Shown in pieces: positions 1 through 13,002 of a stretch of 64,000 nt of DNA. Position 1 is the stretch's first letter, and each line of letters starts with the position of its first letter. Origin of the DNA: Nemertoderma westbladi (taxonomy: Eukaryota > Animalia > Xenacoelomorpha). The position numbers and the translations under genes were made by a program. Where the stretch lies: contig JAUCBJ010008503.1 in NCBI GenBank assembly GCA_032718475.1, positions 1 through 64,000 of the forward strand. The letters are read 5' to 3'. The notes beneath the pieces are model-generated. The model was not told the origin of the DNA. It did not search any database and saw only the letters and a program-made list of their open reading frames with translations.

Positions 1-2
1 TT

Positions 3-1415
3 GAAACTAAACTCGCCAAGTTAGACGAACACAATAAGTTCATACGTTTCGAATGTTTCCGGCGCTTTCTGACTCCGTTCCGTTACGTCGATAGTCAGTT
101 CAAGGATCGCGCGCTGACCAAACTCAGTCTGAGAGACTCAGCTGTGGAGAAACTGAGTAGCGCTGGATTTGCCGTGTTTCAAGACGTTTGTATACAGAAC
201 TTACATTCATCTGTTATACAAAGACCCCGAATACCTACAGGTTATTCTGTCGTGGAAATACAGACAGTGGATCCACTTACTGAGACAGACGCACCCACTT
301 CGTCTATACAGCTGGAGGATGAACCAGTGTGCTTGGAATCAGAAGCGATTCAGCCTACAACTTCCCAGAGCAGTGACAATGATTATGTCATAGAGTGGTA
401 TCAAGGTCCACAACGTCTCACAGCGTACGATTATCGACACGCCAACTACGTTTCTCGAAAACGTTGTCGATTATGCGCATCGAGAGACCACTTCACCCCT
501 CTAGACTCGAGCGTACCTTGTTCCTATTTCCTCGAACAACCGATGATGGAAATATATTGTGCTTATTGCAGACTTAATAACTCTCATATCTTTGCCGTCT
601 GCCCACAATTTATGACTCAATGTCACTACTGTCAACTTAAAGGACATGAAAGTTACAATTGTCCCTTTAATCGCGATTTAGAGAGCGTAGACGAGATAAT
701 CACCCTGCGATACATCCGAGCTTGGGAAGCGAACGCGGATTTACATTGCGAATCTCGACATCGCTATTACCCTGGACGAGCTTACGAAGGAGTTTACGCG
801 TTCCATCCTTATCTCTTCGCGTCGATTGAACAGAAAACACGCGTACCAAGTTACGAGTTAATGAAGCGTGTTGGTGAGTGTATTTCCACCAAGTTTGTCA
901 GAAAATACCTTAGAAACGTTAACCCTAATGATATAACCACATATCACCTGATCAATTTTATCCGTCAGGACCCCGAGTATGGCGACATCTTTGTGAACTC
1001 GCATCCTGAACTACAGGAAGTATCTCGGCGACCATATGAATATCGAACCCGAGAACGCGAGCTGGAGAGAACCATTAAACCGAGAAAGTTCCTCACCACT
1101 CACGGTCCACCCACCGCTAGTGTCCAGACGACCCGTCAAGGACCCGTAGGAGCTGCTGTCCTGAGACGCGCCCTAAAGGCCGTTAGACCTCGCTCCCCCG
1201 AGGTTGATATTAATCAACCAGGCACTTCGACCGGCGGGTATACCGATCGTAACCCTACACCTTCTGATGCAATTGTATTGCACCCTTCGCCTCGGAGCTA
1301 CAGCCCTCCTCGTAAAGTGGCTCGCCCCAAAGAGAAAAGGACTCGATTGCTGGCCTCGGGAAACTGCGTAAATGCCGTCCGCGTAAGAAAGACTAACTGT
1401 TTAGAGTATCTTTAG
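3..1415 (+). CDS. Accessory (env-position) ORF of a Bel/Pao-family LTR element, tandem CCHC zinc-knuckle protein; 5' end outside window
   Basis: Frame is open from position 3 (ETKLAKLDEH...) into the track ORF 144..1415. Motifs CRLCASRDH, CAYCRLNNSHIFAVC and CHYCQLKGHESYNC. Ends just before the PPT/LTR. Homologous to 50905-52499. A late frameshift masks the likely native end KLRKCRPRKKD* (stop 1394-1396). Confidence 0.75.
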   Translation, partial: ETKLAKLDEHNKFIRFECFRRFLTPFRYVDSQFKDRALTKLSLRDSAVEKLSSAGFAVFQDVCIQNLHSSVIQRPRIPTGYSVVEIQTVDPLTETDAPTSSIQLEDEPVCLESEAIQPTTSQSSDNDYVIEWYQGPQRLTAYDYRHANYVSRKRCRLCASRDHFTPLDSSVPCSYFLEQPMMEIYCAYCRLNNSHIFAVCPQFMTQCHYCQLKGHESYNCPFNRDLESVDEIITLRYIRAWEANADLHCESRHRYYPGRAYEGVYAFHPYLFASIEQKTRVPSYELMKRVGECISTKFVRKYLRNVNPNDITTYHLINFIRQDPEYGDIFVNSHPELQEVSRRPYEYRTRERELERTIKPRKFLTTHGPPTASVQTTRQGPVGAAVLRRALKAVRPRSPEVDINQPGTSTGGYTDRNPTPSDAIVLHPSPRSYSPPRKVARPKEKRTRLLASGNCVNAVRVRKTNCLEYL

Positions 1416-1474
1416 GTTTTAGAAACTGTGATTTTTATATTTTATAGACTGAAAATCCCATTTTCTGGGAGCGG

Positions 1475-2677
1475 TGTAAAAGCCTTTGCTGAATTGCCCC
1501 GTTATTTTTATTATCTTTTACATTAAAATACTCTGTAGTTGATTTAATAGGTGTAAGAAGCCGTATTATTGCTGTATCGGTGTTTTTTAGAGGATCTAAG
1601 ACCTATTTCCTCCGTATGTGTACTGTGAAAGGCATAGTTGATGATTCTATGGCAATTCCATGACGCAAAGGGTGATAGCTACTCTTGAACAGTAGTTACT
1701 ATGACTACGGTTAACAGCTGATATTCATACGTGTTGATTTTCTTTGTTCTACGGCGTCTCTCAGTTCAGTCAGCCAATCAGAGCATTTTTATGGCTCTTG
1801 TAGAGAAATTTCCTAGAAATCACGTAATGCTTTATGTGCAGTGTTTACATTCGGTCCTAAGCCAGGAGAGAGCGGCTTGGAAATATTTTTGTGCCTTTCT
1901 GTTTTAGCCTAACACTAGTAGGCTTAATTATAAGGACATATATCCGTTATCAACACTTAATATCTTACTGACACTGCATACTGTATAACACTGTGCATAC
2001 TTTATATTGTTATACTGCTATTTACTGTCGGTCCTTCATAATATGGTTGATGAATTATTATATTTGGAATAACGATAAATAACCCCGAAACCCAATATTC
2101 TTGATATACCGAAGGTAAGAGAGAAAGGTTATATATAACGATTGTGACTTATGTTAAAGTGGTTTGAAGTGAATCTAATGTTATTTGATAGACCCTACAT
2201 GAGTCGGTCCGTGTTCCTTTTATATGTGACTAAAATCAGTGAAGATCGGCAGATTAGTGTGCAGTATTGTGCAGCATTGTGTATGAGTGAGACTGATAAC
2301 GAAGCATTTCCTAAAGAATGCGCCATATATGTGAATTATAACTAAGCCATATCGTTGTGAGTAGTTTAAGTCATAACTCTGTTTATATAGATAGAGCGCC
2401 ACGTCCTAAAGGAACTGTTAATATTCCCCGAAGGTGAATAATATTGTCAGAGATTATATAATACTGTCAGTCGAATAATACATTAGGCTTACATAGCAAT
2501 AAGATTAAGCCGTCGAACCCAATCTCCCGGGTATATCCAGCGGGTGAATGATCGCGCACAGATTGGTTTCGACTAGTGTAGTGAATCAAATACTTGTCAT
2601 AGGCTAAAAGTGATTTATTATCTAAAAGACATCCTAATTTGGCGGGTTAAACTGCCAAAGGTCTGAAAGCGCGAACA
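1475..2677 (+). mobile_element. 3' LTR of Bel/Pao-family retrotransposon (diverged subfamily)
   Basis: TGT...ACA termini, preceded by GGGAGCGG polypurine tract (1467-1474). Clearly alignable with the reverse complement of the LTRs at 6821-8049, 49647-50830 and 60704-61888. Confidence 0.9.
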
Positions 2678-2912
2678 CCATTTACCAGATTTATTATACT
2701 AGCTAGTTTTTGCTATTTTTTAATAGAAATTATAAAAGAAGTAGCAAAAAAGTGTGCTAGCAATAAATTTTGATAAATATTATAAATATTGTTAAATATT
2801 ATACAGTACAGTATTAGAACACGTATAAGCTACCAAATGTTGATAAATATTTTTGTTCTAGAACATTTTTAGTAAAAAAAATTATCATACAACCCTTATT
2901 TAAAAAAATTGT

Positions 2913-3810
2913 TACTATCGATATTTTTACTCTCGATATTTTTCAACACTCTGTATTTTTCAACACTCGATATTTTTACTCTCGATATTTTTCAACACTC
3001 GATATTTTTACTCTCGATATTTTTCAACACTCGATATTTTTCAACACTCGATATTTTTCAACACTCGATAATTTTACTCTGGATATTTTTTAACACTCGA
3101 TATTTTTACTCTCGATATTTTTCAACACTCGATATTTTTACTCTCGATATTTTTCAACACTCGATATTTTTACTCCCGATATTTTTCAACACTCGATATT
3201 TTTACTCTCGATATTTTTCAACACTCGATATTTTTACTCTCGAAATTTTTCAACACTCGATATTTTTACTCTCGATATTTTTCAACACTCGATATTTTTA
3301 TTCTCGATATTTTTCAACACTCGATATTTTTACTCTCGATATTTTTCAACACTCGATATTTTTACTCTCGATATTTTTCAACACTCGATATTTTTACTCT
3401 CGATATTTTTCAACACTCGAAATTTTTACTCGCGATATATTTTCTCTCGATATTTTTACTCTCGATATTTTTACTCTCGATATTTTTCAACACTCGATAT
3501 TTTTACTCTCGATATTTTTCAACACTCGATATTTTAACTCTCGATATTTTTCAACACTCGATATTTTTACTCTCGATATTTTTACCCTCGATATTTTTAC
3601 TCTCGATATTTTTTGAACTCTCGATATTATCGTTATTTTTCAACACTCGATATTTTTACTCTCGATATTTTTCAACACTCGATATTTTTACTCTCGATAT
3701 TTTTACCCTCGATATTTTTACTCTCGATATTTTTTGAACTCTCGATATTATCGTCATTTTTTAACACTCGATGTTTTTACTCGCGTTATTTTTACTCTCG
3801 ATTTTTTAAT
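2913..3810. repeat. Minisatellite of alternating 17-bp (CTCGATATTTTTCAACA) and 15-bp (CTCGATATTTTTACT) units
   Basis: Directly visible tandem units, degenerating at the right edge. Confidence 0.95.
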
Positions 3811-3969
3811 GTCTCAATATTTTTCAATATAACCATACAAACACTTATAAACACGAAATTTATTAACACGAAAACTATAAAATATACTTAATGAATACTA
3901 TAAGCAATTAATAATCCCTACACATACGTGGATACGTACGGCATACGTTGAAAAGTAAAACCCTGCCTG

Positions 3970-5025
3970 CTACTACTACTACTAGGTCGAGCGAACTCGG
4001 ACATTTGCCTCTGCCTGCTAAGAAGGCACTTACAATTCATACAATATTGGTGGCCATACCACCCCGCCGTGGGGTGTTATGGATGGCCACCACAGTTGGC
4101 CAGTCAGCCAGATTGGCCACAGTCAGCTTAGTTGTTCACGTGCTGCTCGAAGTCCCAGAATACTACTACTAGGATCGGCATGCTGCATTGCAGCTGCATT
4201 TTTAAGAATGCTGTGCCGGCTTATCGACAAAATTGCACCGCCACAACTCCCTATCACCCATGACATTTGCTAGATCATCCGCGTCTTCAAGGCCAGTGTC
4301 CTTTAAGATGCGTCTCAAGAAAGTCATGGGCTGTCCACCATGCTTATTCACTCCATGAGGCTGCCAAAGTACAAGATTATGCACTGGCTGGTCCTCACGG
4401 CGAAAGCAATGTCCTGCAAAGCGGAGGCGATTTCTCTCAAGCTTGGGGGAACCAATGAGACACCTCCAATGTTATATAGTGTCTCGTGGAGATGTGTGCA
4501 TTGTACTTGACACAATGAACCCGGCGTAGCATTCTTGTGAATGTGCAATCCAGAGATTTGGTGTCCTCAGCAGTTAGAGCCCAGCATGGACTCCCATAGA
4601 GGAGTACTGGAATTACTGCTGCTCTAAATAATCGGACCTTAATTTTCCGATTAATTCTCGGTGACTTCCAAATCCTGGAAAGCCTATTCAAGGCTGCCCA
4701 TGCCTTTCCCTTACGTATTCGAAGGTCCTCACCTTACTTCCGGATCCATGATCCCAAGTAACAGAAGTCATCCACATGCTCAAGCATACCATCTTTTGAG
4801 CTTATGCTCATCCGATCAGAGCAGACTTGCTGAGGACTTTCAAAGTTAACTGTCAAAATTCTGGTCTTTCTGGAGTTAATAAAAAGACCAACACTAGAAG
4901 CAGCATGTTCTAATGAGCTGAGGAGCCGTTGGGATCCCTCTAGTGATTCTGAGAGTACTCCTAACTGCCTAAGTCATCAGCATAGTCTACACCTGCTAGA
5001 TCAGTTAGGTACTTGGCAGGATTTT
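3970..5025 (-). mobile_element. RTE-clade LINE, 5'-truncated and degraded
   Basis: Minus-strand DYADD near 4975-4992, then FCYLGS and KVRLFRAAVIPVLLYGS...W (ORF 4437-4691). (TAG)n tails at ~4161-4172 and ~3970-3984. Confidence 0.85.
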
Positions 5026-5034
5026 GATAACGGA

Positions 5035-5640
5035 TTTAGTTTAGTTTAGTTTAGTTTAATTACGCCAGTATCAATAAAAATATGTGTCAAAAAGTCAAAC
5101 ATACAAACACAAATGACAGAAATAAAGATAATCCATGATTAGGACAAAATTACAGTAAAATTAAATTTCAATATGAAGGTAATTTACGTACGTACTGTAA
5201 TGTAATATATACACGTTCTGTTATACAGTCTGCATTGCACCAAGATTATACATATTATTCAGATATTATAAACAATTGGTTTTTCGCAATGGCTGGCAAG
5301 TTACGCAGTTGCGTTTTAGGGCGGGAATAAAATATAAATAAAAATAGATTAATTAATTAAAGATACAATTCGATAAAATATAAATAAAAAATAGATTAAT
5401 TAATTAAAGATAAAATTTGATAAAAAAAATAAATATTAAGTCAAGACAAGAAATATATTCCTCGAACCAGCCACATATGTAATGTAATCATTAAATTTAC
5501 AGTATATTTCTAAATTCATTGCAGTATTCGAAGATTCTGCCAAGTTACGCAATATGCATTTTATGGATGAGTGAGTTAAACCGATAAGAAATAATTTATT
5601 CTGATTCAATGAATTACATTTTAGTCTTACCGTCTTACTC
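5035..5640 (-). mobile_element. Probable 3' end of a CR1/L2-type LINE
   Basis: (TAAAC)n tail at 5035-5058. Adjacent sequence resembles the reverse complement of the LINE 3' end at 9285-9330. Right boundary uncertain. Confidence 0.45.
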
Positions 5641-6689
5641 TATTCATGTATTCAATGTTAAAACAGATTTGAATTTACCGCCAATATATAGGTGGCAGAT
5701 CTTATCTGCCACCCTATAGCTTTCCAGTACAAATTACATGTCTTTCAATCACTTGAATTTCCCGCGCTATGGAGCAGGGGTGGCACCTTTTAGGGACTTT
5801 GTGGTTAGATAGTGTATGTGTGAAATTTGAAACAAATCTGTCCAAAAATGGCCAATGGGGAAAGGTGTTTGTCACTGTGCCTCAAATGTGATAGAACCAC
5901 TGGTACCCGCCGTATTGAAAAGTTTTACATGTACGCCGAGCACGTTCGGCGCAGCTCTAGAACTTGCGCCGGGAGCTGGCGCAGAAATGTGCTACGCCGG
6001 GCAGTGAGCCGGAAGGGTCGGCGCAGAGATGTGCTACGCCGGCGTAGCCGGCGGAGCACTGGCAATGGTAGAGATGCTGCGCTCGGCGCAGCATGCGTTG
6101 AAATATTCCCGGCGTCGACGCTGCAGAAATTGACCTGGCGCCGGAGCAGGAATCAGCCCAGCACACCCGGCGTACATATTTGCCTGGCGCAGTAATCAGC
6201 CGAACCTAGCACCAGGCAGACAGTGAGACTGAGACAGCAGACATGCCTTCATCAGACCAACAGCACAGCAACACAATAATAAAACAACTGGTAAACAATG
6301 CAGGAGGCAGAAAAGAAACTCACACTGCAGCACTGGCTGACTGCAAACTGGTCAATTATTTACGTATTTAACCTTATGCTGTTATGCAGTAGGCAGGTAG
6401 GCTATCACAGTTCCAGCTATCAGCTGATCAGTCATTATTGCTTTTGCAGTATTGGTCAGTCAGTTTATTTGTTTACATAATACAGTAATATTGCTGTATT
6501 GTATAAGCTATATTTATATTATATTATATTATTTGGATGGAGACACCGCTGTCATAGAAGTGTATAAATAAAACTGCACATATAATAAAACAGGCAGACA
6601 GAATGAAGTTGAACAGTGAATAAAACAAAACGACTTATACTACATATATGGCACTATTGATAATGAAACAATTTATTACCGACACACAT

Positions 6690-9330
6690 GTGTAACCATT
6701 GGAAATTGCAGTTCAATGACTCCAAGTGCAAGGTCATGCATGCATCTAGGTTCTAGAAATCCCCAAGCAACTTTTTACACAATGAATGGATGGACACTTT
6801 TATCGGCAACCGAGGAACGTTGTTCGCGCTTTTGAAGACCTTTAGCAGTTTAACCTGCCAAAATTTATATGTCTTTTAGTTAATTAACACACCTTTAGCA
6901 TACGACAATATTTTATGCTAATAAACAAAACATTAGCCGAAGCCAGCCCATGCGCGATCATTCACCCAATGGATCTACACCCGGGAGGCTGAATTCGGAT
7001 GCTTAGATTTTATTATTGCAGTGTAAGGTTGCAGTGTAAGCCTACTGTATTATTCGATTGATCGCTAATATGTAATTTCTGACAGATATTATTAACTTTC
7101 GGGAAATATTAACAGTTCCTTTAGGACGTGGCGCTCTATCTATTTAAACAGAGCTAGGACTTATACTAAACGCAACGATAAGGCTTATGATTAAAGTATA
7201 AGTCGCATTCTTTAGGAAATGCTTTGTTACCAGTCACATCACACTCACAATCATGCACACTATTCTGCCGACCGTCAGTATATTTGATCACACATAAAGA
7301 GAACAGCAATTGACTCAGGTAGTGTCTACTAAATAACATTAGATTCAATACACACCACATTGATATAAATCGCAATTGTTATATATAGCCCGCCTCTCTA
7401 ACCTGTAGTGTATCAAGAAAATTGGGAATTTTGGGTGATTTATCCGTATTCTCCAAAGAGCAATATTTCCATCAACAAATAGATACAATTAATAACTGAC
7501 GGTAAATAGCAGTACAAACAATATGATTAGTGCAGTTAAATTAAGTGAGGTAACACCGCCGGTAACAGTTATACTTTCTATAATCTAAGCAGTTTTACTA
7601 GAGTTCTTAGAGCCGGTGTTTCTGGCTTAGACAGCAATAACAACAAAGTATCAAGTAAGGCAGTAAGACTGAACACTCTCCTTATGATCGGCTGAAAAGC
7701 TACACGTCGACAGGAAAAATCGCTCTGATTGGCTCAAGCCAAACAAAGAACTATGCGTCCAATGGCTGTTTCCATGTCAGCAACCAGCTGTTAGATGTCG
7801 TAATATGAATCATCACGGCTAAGCTGTGAAAGGTAGTTGGTGCATTACAGGTTTTTTGCCTTACCATGTCCGCCAAAACACGTATATAGCAGAATGATTT
7901 TTATGTCCGTTAAAACACCTGTAACGGTACCTTGCGGGCGAGGGGAATATATATACAGTTAGAGAACCTTTTTTAGAGTATTCCAGCGCCTGGGGGGAAA
8001 CTGGATTGCGAAGCAAAGGGGCCAGTTATATCCCACAGAAGCTTTTACAAACGTGATTTTGGAATTACATTTACTCCAGATTGTCCTTCACAGCCTCACT
8101 GCACAAAGACTCCAGCCCGCGCCATGCGAGTCGTACATTTAATACGAAGAACTTTTACATATTTGGAAGCTCCGATGTTTACCCTATGACCCTGTTATAC
8201 AAATCCCTTGTTCGGCCTCTCCTTGAATACGACACAGTTGTTTGTTCGCCATTCCTCCGACATGATCAATTTGAACGTCTTGAACAAGTACAACACCGTG
8301 TGGTCACTCGCCTTGTACAGTTGTACTATCGCTGGCTGAGTTGTCATATGAAAACCGACTACGTGCACTCAAACTACCGACATTAATATATCGCCGTGTA
8401 CTAGCCGACCTTATAACAACATACAAGTTTATCACCGGGATTGACAAAATTGAGCGAAGTAATTTCTTCCAGTTTCGTTCCGAACTCCACCAATGCTAAC
8501 ACGCAACAACTTTGCAGACAGCGTTGTAAACATTTGGAATCCTTTACCATTACCGGAAAGTGTTGTTAATGCAAGTAATACCCTTGGTACTCCATGATTG
8601 AGCATATTCAAAAATAGACTAGACTGCGAAATTCCCTTAAAATGAATATATAGTGATACTCCTGTGCGCCAAGTGGCAGTAGCGAAAGCGATATCTTTCG
8701 GATACAACGATATATTTATTAAAATCTAGCTACAGTACCTATTATTTTCATTTTTCAATCCCAAAAAAACATTTTTTTGTGTTAAATTTTAAAATAGTTT
8801 TTTTTTATGTTTAATTGTTTTCCTATCTTTTGTAGTTACTTTACTTTGCTCGTTTTATTTCAGCAGTAATATTTTACTTATGCGACATACGGTACTACCT
8901 ACGGTACCAAATTTATGTTACGTATAACTACGTATTGTTGTGTTGTATCCTACAGAGTATTGTAAAATTGTCCCTTATTAATATGTTTGCCTTTAGTACT
9001 GTATGTTATTGAAGCCCTTGAACCTACTGTAAGTATGCTTTGCCGTTTTTTAATTTAATTTTACTGTAATTTCATTTTTGTTTTAATAATTAATATGCAC
9101 CAACTGTGAGTACTGTAAATAAACTATAATTGTAATTATTTTACTAATTTTACCTGAATACAATTATCCGTATTTTTATTACAATAGTACATATACATAC
9201 GCTTATTAGCGTACTTTGCAGATAATGTGTTCATTTTATTTTAATCGGCTATACGTGTACGTACGTACATGTGCAAAAATTAATATTTTATTGTTATTCT
9301 GGCGATATTAATAACATAACATAACATACA
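6690..9330 (+). mobile_element. Degraded CR1/L2-type LINE 3' fragment interrupted by a solo LTR
   Basis: W.LQFN.SKCKVMH motif at ~6700-6740. Resumes after 8054 with LYKSLVRPLLEY...SP...LEQVQ (ORF 8081-8386). AT-rich 3' UTR ends in (TAACA)n at ~9312-9329. Confidence 0.8.
6821..8049 (-). mobile_element. Solo LTR of the Bel/Pao family
   Basis: TGT...ACA termini, perfect 5-bp TSD AACGT (6816-6820, 8050-8054), homologous to the LTRs at 49647 and 60704. Confidence 0.93.
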
Positions 9331-11252
9331 GCTAGTCATTATTCATTCAGACATACCGTATATGTAGCATAGACGTATACTGGACCACAGTTGACAGTAC
9401 GTACGTAGTATGTAGTAAAGTAGAACGTAGTACATAAACACAAGGACTAGGCCTACTGACTGACTGAAGTAGTCTTTAACAGTTTAATATTCTTTCTATA
9501 ATTCATATTGTAACATTTGAGTAATTTCAAAAAATGTACACTTTACTTGACAAAAAAAATTTACATGCAGTGTTTCTTAAGTAGTTGTTTCGTAATGTCT
9601 GAATGTTACACTTTTGGAATAAAACAACGTACCTACTGTACTTGTTGCATTTGTCTTTAAGGTTTTCCGTCTCTGTATCCTTATTTTCATTTCACCCACC
9701 CACAACTTTCGTTCGTTTAAGTAACAACTCGGATTAGTGCAGCTGCAGTATTATAGATAACCGAATAAACTATAGGCAGATAGGTACTGTACAGTATAAC
9801 AGGCAGATTTTATGTTTTATACCAGTCAGCCTGGCTGCCCGGTGCAGCTTTGAAGAGCCGTGTAAGATTTTTCACCCCTGCACCCGGCGCAGCATTTTGC
9901 ATTGCACAGAGCCGGCGCATGATTTTTGCACCTGACATGGGCGTGGGTTTGCACAGTGCCGGCACAGGATTTTTGCACCCGGCATCCCGGCGTGGTTTTG
10001 CACAGAGCCGGCGCAGGATTTTTTGCACCCGGCGTGGTTTTGCTCAGAGCCGGCGCAGGATTTTTTGCACCCTGCGTGGTTTTGCTCAGAGCCGGCGCAG
10101 GATTTTAGGCACCCGGCGCCGCGTTCGGCGCAGAAAATAAAACTTTTCAATGGGTCAGCCTAATCACCCAACTACACCCAACTTTCACCCAACTACACCC
10201 AACTACACCCAACTACACCCAACTACACCCAACTACACCCAACTTTCACCCAACTACACCCAACTTTCACCCAACTACCACCCAACTACACCCAACTTTC
10301 ACCAACTACACCCAACTTCAACACAACAGCATCCAACTTATACCAAACTATACTGTATGGCACCTATCTTCCACAAATTACAATATGTACAGTAACAAAC
10401 TCTGAACTTCTTTGAGGAATTGCTGAGATATGAACTTTTAAAAGTTGCATGTACTCGTGCTGTATTTTGCCATCACTGCCCTGCAATTATGAAAATAACT
10501 AACTAACATTTTATTTTTATTGCAGGTTGATTCTAGAATAATTGATGAATTTAGCAAAAAATATACAAAGGAGAGACACAGAGACTATTGACGAACGATC
10601 CAGATACCTATAGATGTCTACACATACCACGCATCAAAACTCCAAACTAAGCTACAGTACAAACTAAACTGGCGCTGTGGGATTGCGGTGAAAATGAAAA
10701 CGGTATTGATACACAGGAGGGTCACCGTCACAGCCTTAACGACGAAATCGCATTATTGGAAACTTCTGCTGTGGGAATAGCAATGCAGATAATTCGTACA
10801 AAGTTAATGGACATAAATTCTATATTATACAGTATGTTTAATGCAATTATAATAATGTAATTATCCTTTATGTATCATAGAATACAAGAAAATAAACTGT
10901 AACATTATTTTCAGCTTCTTTATCTTAAACTTTATAGCCTTTATACTGTATTAATTAATTTTTAACGAAACAACAGAAATAATTTTAGAACTTTTTACAT
11001 TTCTCATTACATTTTACATGTCTCAAGTTTACACTCCATTTGGCTCCCTGATCCAATCTTAATGGTTAGCAAATAAAGTACTTTCTGTATAATATAGGCG
11101 AATAATAAATTTCTCATGGAACCAAAATAATAAACGAAAGATAAGATCAAATTAATATAAAGGCCACGAAGTTTAGAATAAAACTGTTGAAAATAAAGAC
11201 TACAGTATGTTACAATCTTTCTTGTAATATGATACAAAGGATAATTATAATA

Positions 11253-11380
11253 TTTTATTGTTAAATTTCTGAATTACTTAACGCTTGTCCTTGGACAAGC
11301 CGTAAATATAGTAGATAGATGGATTATTTGCGGCTCGTCCATAGACGAGCGTTAAGTAATAAAGAAATTTAACAATAAAA
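11253..11380. mobile_element. Short palindromic MITE-like element
   Basis: ~55-bp inverted arms, each holding an internal palindrome (GCTTGTCCTTGGACAAGC / GCTCGTCCATAGACGAGC). Confidence 0.65.
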
Positions 11381-13002
11381 CAACATATTATAGTGTATAA
11401 TGTACTTTTATCTCACTTCGGTCCCTCGTTTCAATATTTCACTAACTCGAATATGATAATAACTCGAAATAAATTTTCCAGTATTTTTACTAATTATCAT
11501 AGTGCGTTAAGGCTCGCCTTTACTACGTGGCTCGCATGTTCTCGCTGTAATGCCTCAGAACTAAACATTAGATATACTGTATTGTACTGTATGTCCTACT
11601 CATCTTCACATCCAAAAAAGCGACGTAGATTAGGATTTGTATGGTTTTTGACAATTTTATAATTTGCTTTATAATTTTTTATTTTCAAAAATCATGACCT
11701 GCGAGAAAGTGGTGAAAGGTACAGTACAGGCCACCAGAAAACGCAGATTTGTACAATTGTGAACACATTTTATCAAATGTGTACCAGTGTAAAGTAATGT
11801 TGTTGAACGGGACAATTGAACATAATTGAACATAATTGAATTGGCAACAACAAAATTTTTTCGCCAAAGGATACAATTGAATACTTTTGAAACGCTTAGT
11901 AAGCTGGAAACTCTCTGTAGTTTACCGCGAACTGTCACTCACTGCAGCTGGAAATGCGATAAGGATTTTGTTTACCTTTATAGTGTGCGGTTAATAGTGT
12001 CTAGTAGGCAGGCCTATAGTTAGTGATGTTAAGGCATCTTCTGGTGTTTCTCTGTGCCCTCTCGGTGTCAGACTAATGGCGCGACATCTCCCTGCACTAA
12101 ATTAATTATTCAATGGTCTAGGCTCCTCCATCCATATACCCATCCACTCCCATACACTCCATGAACCTCCATGCGGTCTTGTATGCAGTTCTCTCTCTAC
12201 CAATACAGCCCATGTCCGCAATGTTACGCCCTGGGGGCTCTCTCATCTACCTGATATCAGACATACAGGCGCACCGCACACAAAGCCTTTGTCGGTCCCA
12301 GCAAGTTAGCCTCCTGCTGTGTGATCGAGAAGATAACTCGCCATAACCTGCCAATCAGATGACTTGAACAAATGTGTTCACATGTGATCACATTGGAAGA
12401 AATCTGCTTTTTCTGGTGGCCTGTACTGTAAGTGTAGTTGGGTGGAAGTGAGACTTTCAAAAATCATGACCTGCGAGAAAGTGGTGAAAGGTAAGTGTAG
12501 TTGGGTGGAAGTGAGACAATGTTGAGTGTACTGTAGTTGGGTGATAGTTGGGTGTAGGTGTAGTTGGGTGGAGAATTGGGTGTAGTTGGGTGAAAGTTGG
12601 GTGTTGTTGGGGGTAGTTGGGTGAAAGTTGGGTGTAGTTGGGTGAGAGTTGGGTGGAAGTGGAGTGTAGTTGGGTGAAAGTGAGTCAAAGTTGAGTGTAG
12701 TTGGTTGGAGAGTTTGGTGTTCTGTGGGACGAGTCACGCAGTCAGGGCAAGCCTTAGCGCACAATTGCAATTAGTAAAAATAGGGCAAAATTTCATCTCC
12801 AGTCGGTCGTTCTGTCCGCTTGTCTGTCTGTAACGAAAAATTCATTCGTAAGTAACTTTTGAAGATTTTCGCCAACTGATCCACATTAAAGCCCCATGAG
12901 AAACCCCACTTGGGATCCGACTATGTAGCAACATACCTAAAGTGTGTGACATATTATTCATTCACATGTGAGAATTTAGCTTGGAAACCTCAATGTTGAT
13001 CA

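Noticed and set aside
558-665. Captured nanos gene
   Set aside because: CCHC spacing differs from the Nanos zinc fingers; only a superficial CxxCxxN resemblance.
2909-3891. Hydrophobic 235-aa and 92-aa ORFs
   Set aside because: Translation of a T-rich minisatellite.
10164-10320. Telomere-like repeat (TAGTTGGGTG)
   Set aside because: Occurs as inverted subterminal arrays within a TSD-flanked element, not as a chromosome end.
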